Made by a program: the position numbers and the translations under genes
IMG/VR virus record: IMGVR_UViG_3300033979_000081
Span: 1-35,331 of that record
Source: a virus
Lineage: Duplodnaviria; Caudoviricetes
Direction: 5' to 3' (one strand)
Length of the DNA stretch: 35,331 nt
Part shown: positions 19,177 through 26,164 of the stretch, piece by piece
How the letters are laid out: every line of letters begins with the position of its first letter
Numbering within the stretch: position 1 is the first letter of the stretch
The notes under the pieces: model-generated
What the model was told of the DNA's origin: nothing
The model's input: only the letters and a program-made list of their open reading frames with translations
The model's database searches: none

Positions 19177-19570
19177 TGATCTTCCTTAAGTCAAGTTCAG
19201 CGTCCTTCATCTCGTCTGTCCAGACTAAACCCTTCTCGATTGCGTACTGCAATAGTTGCTCTACAAGATCCGAGAACTCAGACACGGTAAGCGAAGCAGT
19301 CGATGGTTCAATCTCTTTGACTTGACCTCCAGGAAGTTCAACAACACGAGATGGTAGAAACCTCGTCTTAGCCCACTCGTGCCAGATGTCTTGGGTGTAC
19401 TGCTGGCCCATTAACTGTTCAGCACAAGCTGTCAGGATCGACCAATAGAACCGATTCTGAGCCGCTGTACGAGGAGGTTTGGAGATAGTTACCATATAGC
19501 CTAGTTCCGTGGCTTCTATGGCCTCTATGACCCTCCTGCGGTCATTCTCAGTTGTCAGTATTGATCTCAT
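19142..19570 (-). CDS. NinB-like recombination mediator
   Basis: RT.AQN...W...STASLTV.EFS.L.E motifs. Confidence 0.8.
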   Translation of the reverse strand: MRSILTTENDRRRVIEAIEATELGYMVTISKPPRTAAQNRFYWSILTACAEQLMGQQYTQDIWHEWAKTRFLPSRVVELPGGQVKEIEPSTASLTVSEFSDLVEQLLQYAIEKGLVWTDEMKDAELDLRKINVHQQKVARGL

Positions 19571-19901
19571 TTCTCAGATACCAGTTGTAGTTGGCTCGGA
19601 AGGCTCGTCTCTCAAAGTCGGTGAACTTATCGTGACGCTCTGAGAACATGGCGTTGACCATGCGTCTCTTAAATTCTTTGCTGTCAACGTCAAGCCACAT
19701 CAGATAGTTATCAAGCCCAGACTCGTAAAGATCTCCGAATAGAAACCGCATGGCCGTGATCGTGTCGTCTTGTGGTCTAGTTTTGTAGGGTGCTTTGCAG
19801 GCATCATCGACTGCCAGTTGTATGACAGACCAGAGCAGTTTCTTGCATCGCTCTGTCTGGATCGAGTCCAACAATCCTTCTTCAAATGTGTTCAGGTTCA
19901 T
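19548..19901 (-). CDS. Hypothetical protein (LW.AVI..AV.D family)
   Basis: ATG19901 overlaps the upstream stop (ATGA). Confidence 0.6.
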   Translation of the reverse strand: MNLNTFEEGLLDSIQTERCKKLLWSVIQLAVDDACKAPYKTRPQDDTITAMRFLFGDLYESGLDNYLMWLDVDSKEFKRRMVNAMFSERHDKFTDFERRAFRANYNWYLRNEINTDN

Positions 19902-20200
19902 TTTCGTTTGTAGTAGTAAGCCCAGGCTTGCCTGTAGAGTTTTTCTTTCGTTACCAACTTGCGAGCCTCCAGAGCACGAATCATCTTCAAGGCATTTTGT
20001 GGTGTGCATCCAAACTTGTTAGCCAGATCGTTGAGTGACATCCAGTCGTCAAGTGCAGTTAAGTAAGCCGTTTGTGTTGGCGTTAGCGGTTTAGACTTGT
20101 TGAGCATCAACCGGCCAAACTTTTCCACCGACTTCAGGAACTCATCTCGGTGAGAGATGAGCACCCCTGATCGTTTAGCGGCATCAAGAATCTGACTCAT
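19898..20200 (-). CDS. Winged-helix DNA-binding protein
   Basis: LTPTQ..YL...MSLNDLANKFGCTPQNALKMIRALE...LV. Confidence 0.65.
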   Translation of the reverse strand: MSQILDAAKRSGVLISHRDEFLKSVEKFGRLMLNKSKPLTPTQTAYLTALDDWMSLNDLANKFGCTPQNALKMIRALEARKLVTKEKLYRQAWAYYYKRK

Positions 20201-20727
20201 TTGATTTCTGTTAGCTCTTTCTTGCGTTGTTCTTTGGCTGCGTCAAGTTGTTTGATAGCTTCAGGATTGTTCTTCAGAGCCTTATAAGCTGTCGTAAAGG
20301 CTTGCTTCAGATCTTCCATGTTCTCAGCCTCGCTCACGATCTTGAGGTGGTCTGTTGGATCTTCTTTATTCTCTTCTGGCAGATCCTCTCCAGCGTATAT
20401 GTAGAGACCGATACCGTGCAGCGAGATAGCTTTAGCTAAACATCTCTGCATGGCTGTATTGGCTGCAAATGCGTCAGGGTTTGCAATTGCTTTGTTCTTG
20501 TAATCCATGACAGGCAGTTGTGCAGTGCGAGATACTCCGAACGCTTTGACCTCACAAAACACCATCACCGTGTCGCCCCACATCTGATGGGGTTTGTACT
20601 CCCATGTGGCGGTCGGATCGTGTTGCAACAATGTATCTACAGCCCATGCCCACGAGAGGTAAGAAAGGCCGTTTTTCTTCTCGACCTTCTCGGTTACGTT
20701 GATCTTTCTAAGTTCGTTGAATTTCAT
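20197..20727 (-). CDS. sak: Sak (Rad52-like, DUF1071) single-strand annealing protein
   Basis: LSYLSWAWA, LPVMD..N, N...RCLAKAI..HG.GLYIYAGEDLP; AAGGAG RBS before ATG20727. Confidence 0.88.
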   Translation of the reverse strand: MKFNELRKINVTEKVEKKNGLSYLSWAWAVDTLLQHDPTATWEYKPHQMWGDTVMVFCEVKAFGVSRTAQLPVMDYKNKAIANPDAFAANTAMQRCLAKAISLHGIGLYIYAGEDLPEENKEDPTDHLKIVSEAENMEDLKQAFTTAYKALKNNPEAIKQLDAAKEQRKKELTEIK

Positions 20728-20738
20728 GTTTGGCTCCT

Positions 20739-20831
20739 TTATTTGATGAACAGGTAGAGCAGTGTTCCGTAGCAAATCCCTAATGCTGTGCATAAGATCC
20801 AGTCACTCCTCGTTATCTTGTACTTGGTCAA
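20739..20831 (-). CDS. 30-aa single-TM peptide (not in ORF track)
   Basis: AGGAG-7nt-TTG; MTKYKITRSDWILCTALGICYGTLLYLFIK; in-frame ATG20870 is an alternative start. Confidence 0.5.
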   Translation of the reverse strand: MTKYKITRSDWILCTALGICYGTLLYLFIK

Positions 20832-20937
20832 GTTCGTACTCCTGTTGTTCCAACTGTTGTTGGTAGTCATCTTGTTCCCTTTCTTTGTCGTATTCGTAAA
20901 GTTTTCTGTCTAGCCAAGCATCGTAATCAACGCTCAT
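20803..20937 (-). CDS. 44-aa highly acidic peptide (not in ORF track)
   Basis: AAGGA RBS, ATGA overlap; MSVDYDAWLDRKLYEYDKEREQDDYQQQLEQQEYELDQVQDNEE. Confidence 0.55.
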   Translation of the reverse strand: MSVDYDAWLDRKLYEYDKEREQDDYQQQLEQQEYELDQVQDNEE

Positions 20938-21077
20938 AGTGTTTCCTTTGTATGGATGACGCAGAATTCTTCTAAAGCTAAGTCAAACGTAATTTCTCCA
21001 GTCTTTACGTTGTAGTTGTCATAGAAGTATTCTTTTAGGATTTTTTCTAACTGCTCTTGTGTAAGTACGATCTTCAT
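20934..21077 (-). CDS. 47-aa first leftward early protein (not in ORF track)
   Basis: AAGGAGCCAAC-ATG; MKIVLTQEQLEKILKEYFYDNYNVKTGEITFDLALEEFCVIHTKETL. Confidence 0.6.
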   Translation of the reverse strand: MKIVLTQEQLEKILKEYFYDNYNVKTGEITFDLALEEFCVIHTKETL

Positions 21078-21136
21078 GTTGGCTCCTTGTTTCGATGGAG
21101 TAATCTTAGGCTTATCAACTACTAAAGACTGTCATC
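21078..21136. promoter_or_regulatory. Divergent control region between the two arms
   Basis: The only divergence point; leftward TAAGAT -10-like hexamer upstream of the RBS, no convincing -35. Confidence 0.45.
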
Positions 21137-21490
21137 GTGACGACAATCTCTGCCGCTGATACCAAAAAGAAACGCCGTTCGTCGGTAAGTCCTACTCAGA
21201 GGTCTTTAGCTGCGCTTCGTGAGCGAGGTTACTTATGTCAGATCGTCGAGCACTGGAACCCGTGGGCTCGTATACGCCAAGACTTATTTGGGATAGGCGA
21301 CATACTTTGTCTTAGAGACGAGGAGACGCTTTTAGTTCAAACGACCTCAAGAGCTAACGTCTCAGCCAGGGTGAAGAAGATTGCAGAGAGTGAACACCTT
21401 CCGGCTATTTTGAGGGCAGGATGGAAGATAGAGGTTCATGGCTGGGGTAAGTTAAAAAAAGGGTGGACTTGCAAGGTTATTGAAATTTGA
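21137..21490 (+). CDS. PD-(D/E)XK family endonuclease / resolvase-like protein
   Basis: SPTQRSL..LR..GY...VE.W...DLFG..DIL...LVQTT; start codon uncertain. Confidence 0.65.
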   Translation: MTTISAADTKKKRRSSVSPTQRSLAALRERGYLCQIVEHWNPWARIRQDLFGIGDILCLRDEETLLVQTTSRANVSARVKKIAESEHLPAILRAGWKIEVHGWGKLKKGWTCKVIEI

Positions 21491-21513
21491 TTTAGACTCT
21501 TATTTGTTTCACC

Positions 21514-21567
21514 GCATTGGCTAGGGTAGCTCCCGAAAAGCAGCCTCATCACCTGCCTGCCAAATGC
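21514..21567 (+). ncRNA. c4-antisense-like structured RNA
   Basis: Three-way junction: GCATTGGC/GCCAAATGC outer stem, GGG-TAGCT-CCC hairpin, GAAAA linker, GCAG-CCTCATCAC-CTGC hairpin; TAGGGTAGCTCCCGAAAAG recalls phage c4-type motifs. Confidence 0.6.
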
Positions 21568-21603
21568 TTCTTCAGTGATGGCAACCTTTGATGAAAGGTA
21601 AAA

Positions 21604-22350
21604 ATGCACTACTACCAACACCATATTGGTGACTTCATTAAGGACACCTCGTTCTTAACCAACGAAGAAGTTGGCATCTACATGAAGTTACTTTGGCTTT
21701 ACTACGACACAGAAAAGCCGCTTCCAAACTCACTGCACGAACTTTCAATGAAGGTCAATGGCCGCGATAAGGAACAAGCCATATCGGGGCTGCTTAGCAT
21801 GTTCTTCACGCTAGAGGAAGGAAGCTGGCATCACAAACGATGCGATAGGGAGATAGCCCACTATCACCAGCAATTGGAAGCCGCTTCCAAGGCTGGAAAA
21901 GCATCAGCCGCTAAACGAGCGTTGAACAAGCGTTCAACGGACGTTCAACAGCCGTTCAACGACCGTTCAACGACCGTGCAACCAACCAATAACCAACAAC
22001 CAATAACCAATAACCAACAACCAAATATAAAGCAACGCTCGGCAAGCTCGCTTCGTCCTAGTGACGTTAGCGAATCTGTTTGGGATGACTTTCTTGCTAT
22101 CAGGAAGGCTAAGAAGTCACCGCTTACCGAAACTGCGCTGAAAGGTATTAGGCGAGAGGCTGGGCTTGCAAACCTAACGCTTGAGAAGGCTTTGCAAATG
22201 TGCTGCGCTAGGGGTTGGCAAGGATTCAAGGCTGACTGGGTTACAGACGATCTTAAGAAGGAAGATCATTACAAGCAGTCCTTAGACATTATCTTTGGCA
22301 GAAACAGGCATGAGAAGGACATCACGCCTAACAATCTACTGGAGGGCTAA
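21604..22350 (+). CDS. Replication initiator (YdaU/DUF1376, lambda O-like)
   Basis: MHYYQHHIGDF..DT..L...E.G.Y..LL..YYDTE.PL; C-terminal W.DF...RK.K...GWQGF; internal iterons. Confidence 0.85.
   Translation: MHYYQHHIGDFIKDTSFLTNEEVGIYMKLLWLYYDTEKPLPNSLHELSMKVNGRDKEQAISGLLSMFFTLEEGSWHHKRCDREIAHYHQQLEAASKAGKASAAKRALNKRSTDVQQPFNDRSTTVQPTNNQQPITNNQQPNIKQRSASSLRPSDVSESVWDDFLAIRKAKKSPLTETALKGIRREAGLANLTLEKALQMCCARGWQGFKADWVTDDLKKEDHYKQSLDIIFGRNRHEKDITPNNLLEG
21920..22025 (+). repeat. Probable replication origin: iterons plus A/C-rich heptamers
   Basis: CGTTCAAC-type octamers at 21920, 21931, 21942, 21953, 21964 and 21975 (11-bp period), then six AACCAA(T/C/A) heptamers at 21984-22025. Confidence 0.8.
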
Positions 22351-22353
22351 GGC

Positions 22354-22695
22354 ATGGACATACAAGTTATTGAGGCGATCTTTAAGAAACTTTCCATGAC
22401 TTACGGAAAGGCTTTTCTCGACCAGTATCGAGACATGAACATCCAAGAGGTTATGGAGAACTGGGCGCACGAGTTATCTGGGTTCTCTACAAGCCCTCAT
22501 GCCGTGGCCTACGCGATGGAGTGCTTGCCAGCAGATAAGCCGCCTAACGTGTTGCAGTTTCGGTCTTTGTGCAGGCAGGCTCCGCCTCCGTTTTATCAGC
22601 GACTAGAAATGACGATAGATAAGACTAAAGGACTAGAGCAGGTTGCAAAACTCAAGCAAATAATTAGACCTCGCAATTTAGAAGGGGAATTTTGA
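22354..22695 (+). CDS. Helicase loader-like protein (lambda P position)
   Basis: IF..L...YG..F...W..EL...PPN..QF..LC; follows the initiator. Confidence 0.6.
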   Translation: MDIQVIEAIFKKLSMTYGKAFLDQYRDMNIQEVMENWAHELSGFSTSPHAVAYAMECLPADKPPNVLQFRSLCRQAPPPFYQRLEMTIDKTKGLEQVAKLKQIIRPRNLEGEF

Positions 22696-22880
22696 TGACA
22701 GACAAAGAGAAAGCCTACGCACTGCTAAGAAAGTTAGCAGACGAAACAACGTATGTGATGGTGCATCCCAACGAGCTAAGGATTCTTCTTGATGATCTTG
22801 ACCACATGAGGTTGAGAGTAAGGATTGCTAGAGAAGAACTTAGCGACGCTTGGCAGCTTTATAGAGGGGATATGGCATGA
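22695..22880 (+). CDS. Hypothetical protein
   Basis: AAGGGG RBS, coupled ORF. Confidence 0.55.
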   Translation: MTDKEKAYALLRKLADETTYVMVHPNELRILLDDLDHMRLRVRIAREELSDAWQLYRGDMA

Positions 22881-23155
22881 GTGGCGATCACAACATGAAA
22901 GATTCTTTTGAATGCCCAAGGTGCGGACATTGCTGCGCTGTTGATGAATGGGAGGTTCAAGACAACGTAAACCATCCTAAGCACTACACATCACATCCTT
23001 CTGGCGTAGAGTGCATCGAGATCACGGAGCATATGAACTTCAACCTCGGTAATGCTACTAAATACGTTTGGAGAAGTAGCTTAAAGGGTAAAAATGTTGA
23101 AGATCTAAAGAAGGCTATTTGGTACTTAGAAAGAGAGATAGCGAGGATAGGATGA
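22877..23155 (+). CDS. DUF3310 (SaV-like) protein with N-terminal CxxC
   Basis: DNVNHPKHY...ECI...F.LGNA.KY.WR...K...EDLKKA.WYL. Confidence 0.85.
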   Translation: MSGDHNMKDSFECPRCGHCCAVDEWEVQDNVNHPKHYTSHPSGVECIEITEHMNFNLGNATKYVWRSSLKGKNVEDLKKAIWYLEREIARIG

Positions 23156-23475
23156 CTGACGAGCAAAAGAAGATTTTGACTTACCTGAAAAAGCGTAAGA
23201 CACCTGCTGACCTAAAGTCAGTGAGGCTACAAACAAAGATTGATAAACAGACAACGGTGAATTCCCTAAACGCTTTGCTTAAAAAAGGCTGCATAAAAAC
23301 TTCGTTTAGGATAGACCCGTTTACTAAAGAACGTGTTTGGGAATGGGTTAAAGATGAGTACGAGGTCAAGAAGGTGTCCAGGCCCAAGAAAAAGTTCAAA
23401 CCTGTTTTATCCAAGCAGGAAGAAGGCGTTGACATCAGTTTCTTTAATAACCCGTTCAATTTGAGGGTCGCATGA
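23152..23475 (+). CDS. Winged-helix-like DNA-binding protein
   Basis: QKKILTYL...LNALLKKGCI; basic; ATGA overlap. Confidence 0.5.
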   Translation: MTDEQKKILTYLKKRKTPADLKSVRLQTKIDKQTTVNSLNALLKKGCIKTSFRIDPFTKERVWEWVKDEYEVKKVSRPKKKFKPVLSKQEEGVDISFFNNPFNLRVA

Positions 23476-23660
23476 ACTTACACGAAGCAGCAGCCATGAG
23501 TGCAGCACAAGACATCATCGAGCAGGCACAGTCAACAAGTGCTCTTGAACAACGAGCACTAGCAATCGTCAATCTGTCTGTAGAGCTACACAGGAAAGCC
23601 ATAGACCTAAGACTGCAAGCAGAAGAGATTCTCAAAGAAATAAGGTATGGGTTAAAATGA
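23472..23660 (+). CDS. Hypothetical helical protein
   Basis: GAGGG RBS, ATGA overlap. Confidence 0.55.
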   Translation: MNLHEAAAMSAAQDIIEQAQSTSALEQRALAIVNLSVELHRKAIDLRLQAEEILKEIRYGLK

Positions 23661-23662
23661 AA

Positions 23663-23710
23663 GTTGGCTCCTTCCCCTCCTTTGCCCGACGCGATGTTGG
23701 GCGTTTTTTT
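23663..23710 (+). ncRNA. Candidate small anti-Shine-Dalgarno RNA
   Basis: TAAAAT at 23653-23658, then GTTGGCTCCTTCCCCTCCTT, then a terminator; first 11 nt complementary to the RBS at 21078-21088. Confidence 0.45.
23684..23710 (+). terminator. Intrinsic terminator
   Basis: GCCCGAC-GCGAT-GTTGGGC hairpin followed by G and T7. Confidence 0.8.
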
Positions 23711-23712
23711 GT

Positions 23713-24414
23713 ATGAATGCGGCGGTCTACACGGCGATTTTTGGCAACTATGACCCGTTGCATTACGCGGTCAGACAAAGCGTTCCTACGGCCTTCTACG
23801 CGATCCTGGATGGTGCTAAGAAGCCTCAAGGATGGCAGCAAGTCATCACAAGCAGACGCTTCTCAGATCCTCGTATGGATGCCAAGTGGTTTAAGGTATT
23901 CCCAGACAAGTTAGAGTTTGCTGAGGATTATGTGATCTGGATAGACGGGTCGATAAGGATCACAAGTCCTGAGTTTGTGGCTTACATGATCGACCAGGCC
24001 GGAGATACGATGGCAGCATTCCAACATCCCTGGAGGACTTGTATCTACCAAGAGGCCGGAGAGTGTTGGGATATGGTTAAGTATCGAGATCAACCTATCT
24101 TGGCTCAGGTCGAGCATTATCGGGATCAGGGGTGGCCGCAGGACGCGGGTCTTATTGCTGGCGGGGTTTTGTGTTGGAATCGGAGTTACATCAATCCCCA
24201 GGCTAATCAGGACTGGTGGATTGAGATGATGAAGTGGACGCTACAGGATCAACTGTCCTTTCCGATCATCGCAGACAGAAACGGGTTAGAGGTCAATGTT
24301 TGCACAGAAAACCTTATGAATAACAAATACTTTCAGGTGGTAGCCCACCATAGGATGGCGGAGTATGAAAAAAGTTCCGATACTCATTTGTACGGTAGGG
24401 AGTCCAAGTCTTGA
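23713..24414 (+). CDS. DUF616 (TOD1/MUCI70-like) glycosyltransferase
   Basis: VYTAIFGNYD.L, IWIDGS, HP.R.CIYQE, DQLSFP signature motifs. Confidence 0.82.
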   Translation: MNAAVYTAIFGNYDPLHYAVRQSVPTAFYAILDGAKKPQGWQQVITSRRFSDPRMDAKWFKVFPDKLEFAEDYVIWIDGSIRITSPEFVAYMIDQAGDTMAAFQHPWRTCIYQEAGECWDMVKYRDQPILAQVEHYRDQGWPQDAGLIAGGVLCWNRSYINPQANQDWWIEMMKWTLQDQLSFPIIADRNGLEVNVCTENLMNNKYFQVVAHHRMAEYEKSSDTHLYGRESKS

Positions 24415-25057
24415 AATCACGTTGTCGTCAATCAAACTTTACGCCAAAGATGCGCCGATATATCTGTCGAGTCGGGCCGAGACAATGGACGAACGAATTT
24501 ACAGATGGGTACTCAATTCGTCGGGTAACTTTGGTGATGCCTATAACAGGATTCTTGACGACGCATTCCAACATCACGATTCAGTCATCATCGGTAACGA
24601 CGACATCTGCCTGACTCCAGACTCTTATAGACTCATTCTTGAGGATGCCGAGCATCTACAGAAGGCAGGGCATAAGATCGGTGTTTTAGGTGCGAGATCG
24701 GATTACGTCTTAGAGGCCCAGAACATCCGGTTCGAGGGTGGGGCAAGACACGGGATGAAATGGGCCGAAGAAGAAACAATCAAAGAAACAAGCGTCATTG
24801 CGCCGATCTTTGCTTATGTGACTAAGGAAGCCTTCCAAGCGGTCAGGTTTCCTCCCATCAACTGGTTTTCAGATAACGTCTTTTGTCATACACTTACAGT
24901 ATTGGACTTTAAGCATTTTGTTTCAAGGAGTTACGTTCACCATGCAGGCAGTCAAAGTGTGGGCAAGGACGACTCCAAGAACATCAAGGAGGCAGCAATA
25001 TGGATGTGGGCAAACGAACCAGGGATAGCAAGACACTACCGTCTCCCTACAAGCTAA
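24365..25057 (+). CDS. GT2-like glycosyltransferase
   Basis: NFGDAYNR, IIGNDDI (DxD-like), WFSDN, YVHHAGSQS. Confidence 0.75.
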   Translation: MKKVPILICTVGSPSLEITLSSIKLYAKDAPIYLSSRAETMDERIYRWVLNSSGNFGDAYNRILDDAFQHHDSVIIGNDDICLTPDSYRLILEDAEHLQKAGHKIGVLGARSDYVLEAQNIRFEGGARHGMKWAEEETIKETSVIAPIFAYVTKEAFQAVRFPPINWFSDNVFCHTLTVLDFKHFVSRSYVHHAGSQSVGKDDSKNIKEAAIWMWANEPGIARHYRLPTS

Positions 25058-25131
25058 AAGTGCCTCCTGTGCCCATTAGGTATGACCGGAAAGTAGGCAT
25101 TCCTTTGCAACCACAAAAGGCTAAAAAATGA
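25000..25131 (+). CDS. 43-aa basic Pro-rich peptide (not in ORF track)
   Basis: AAGGAGG RBS; MDVGKRTRDSKTLPSPYKLKVPPVPIRYDRKVGIPLQPQKAKK; stop overlaps the next ATG. Confidence 0.45.
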   Translation: MDVGKRTRDSKTLPSPYKLKVPPVPIRYDRKVGIPLQPQKAKK

Positions 25132-25613
25132 AGGGCTTACTTTCTCCTAAAGTGATGATCGTTGTGAAACAAAACGGCGAGGACGAAGAATCATCAGACT
25201 GTCCGATTGCAACACAAGACATCGAGGTTAACCTCAAGAATCGTCAGAAAGCGATAGACAAGGCTCAATACGGGCCTATGAACCCTAACGAGCCTAATAG
25301 TCAGTATTGGCGTGACATGGGTGCTAAGTGGCGTGTTTCTGGTGAGCAGGCAAAGAAGTCTCGTTGCGGGAACTGCGCTGCCTTCAACCAAAAGCAGTCC
25401 ATGCTTGACTGTATTGAACAAGGTTTAGGCGAAGAAGATGATTGGTCGGCGGTCGATGCTGGCGATCTTGGTTTCTGCGAAATCTTTGACTTTAAGTGCG
25501 CTGCGCTGAGAACTTGTGCGGCGTGGGTTACTGGTGGGCCTATCACAGACGAGGAAAGCGATGAAGAAGGCGATATGGGAGAAGGCGAGACCGAAGAAGC
25601 TGGGGAAGAGTGA
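25128..25613 (+). CDS. Cys-rich acidic protein with HiPIP-like motif
   Basis: CGNCAAF...GFCEIF...C....TCAAW; acidic tail. Confidence 0.55.
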   Translation: MKGLLSPKVMIVVKQNGEDEESSDCPIATQDIEVNLKNRQKAIDKAQYGPMNPNEPNSQYWRDMGAKWRVSGEQAKKSRCGNCAAFNQKQSMLDCIEQGLGEEDDWSAVDAGDLGFCEIFDFKCAALRTCAAWVTGGPITDEESDEEGDMGEGETEEAGEE

Positions 25614-25719
25614 ACCTCTTTCTAAGTCTGAGAAGAAGTCCGCTAAAGATATGGCCGCATCTGCTGGTAGACCCTACCCAAATCTTGTGGACAACATGAG
25701 AGCAGCGAGGAAGAAATGA
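25561..25719 (+). CDS. 52-aa Lys-rich protein
   Basis: GAGGA RBS; MKKAIWEKARPKK...AGRPYPNLVDNM. Confidence 0.6.
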   Translation: MKKAIWEKARPKKLGKSEPLSKSEKKSAKDMAASAGRPYPNLVDNMRAARKK

Positions 25720-25871
25720 AAAAGACCAAGGCTGAAAAGAAGATCTCCAAGGTTATGACCGAATTCGGCAAAGGACAGCTCCACTCAGGCAAGGGTGGCC
25801 CAGTTGTCAAGAGCCAAAAACAGGCTGTAGCGATTGCCCTATCTCAAGCTGGCAAAGCTAAAAAGAAATGA
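25716..25871 (+). CDS. 51-aa Lys-rich protein, DUF6496-like (not in ORF track)
   Basis: MKKTKAEKKISKVMTEFGKGQLHSGKGGPVVKSQKQAVAIALSQAGKAKKK; ATGA overlaps at both ends. Confidence 0.7.
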   Translation: MKKTKAEKKISKVMTEFGKGQLHSGKGGPVVKSQKQAVAIALSQAGKAKKK

Positions 25872-26164
25872 CTGCCGCTTGGACTAGGAAAGAAGGCAAG
25901 AACGCTAAGGGTGGCCTAAACGAGAAGGGTCGGAAGTCTTACGAGGCTGCAAACCCTGGGTCTAACCTGAAGGCTCCTGTTAAGAGCGGCGATAACCCGC
26001 GCAGAGCGAGTTTCCTAGCGAGAATGGGTAACATGCCAGGGCCAGAGCGTAAACCTGATGGCAGCCCTACTAGACTGCTTCTCAGTCTAAAGGCATGGGG
26101 TGCGAGTTCTAAGGAAGATGCAAGAGCAAAAGCAAAGGCAATTTCGGCGAGGAACAAGAAGTGA
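25868..26164 (+). CDS. Basic protein, DUF6321-like
   Basis: W.RKEGKN.KGGLN.KGR.SY...LK.P...RR.SF.ARM. Confidence 0.7.
   Translation: MTAAWTRKEGKNAKGGLNEKGRKSYEAANPGSNLKAPVKSGDNPRRASFLARMGNMPGPERKPDGSPTRLLLSLKAWGASSKEDARAKAKAISARNKK

Noticed and set aside
20728-20793. N-terminal extension of Sak (similarly 19902-20009 and 25516-25560 for their ORFs)
   Set aside because: Better SD or ATGA-coupled starts lie downstream
21514-21567. tRNA gene
   Set aside because: Too short, only two inner hairpins, no T-loop GTTC or CCA end
21920-22025. Repeat array as CRISPR
   Set aside because: Units are 7-11 bp without unique spacers, no cas genes; fits an iteron origin
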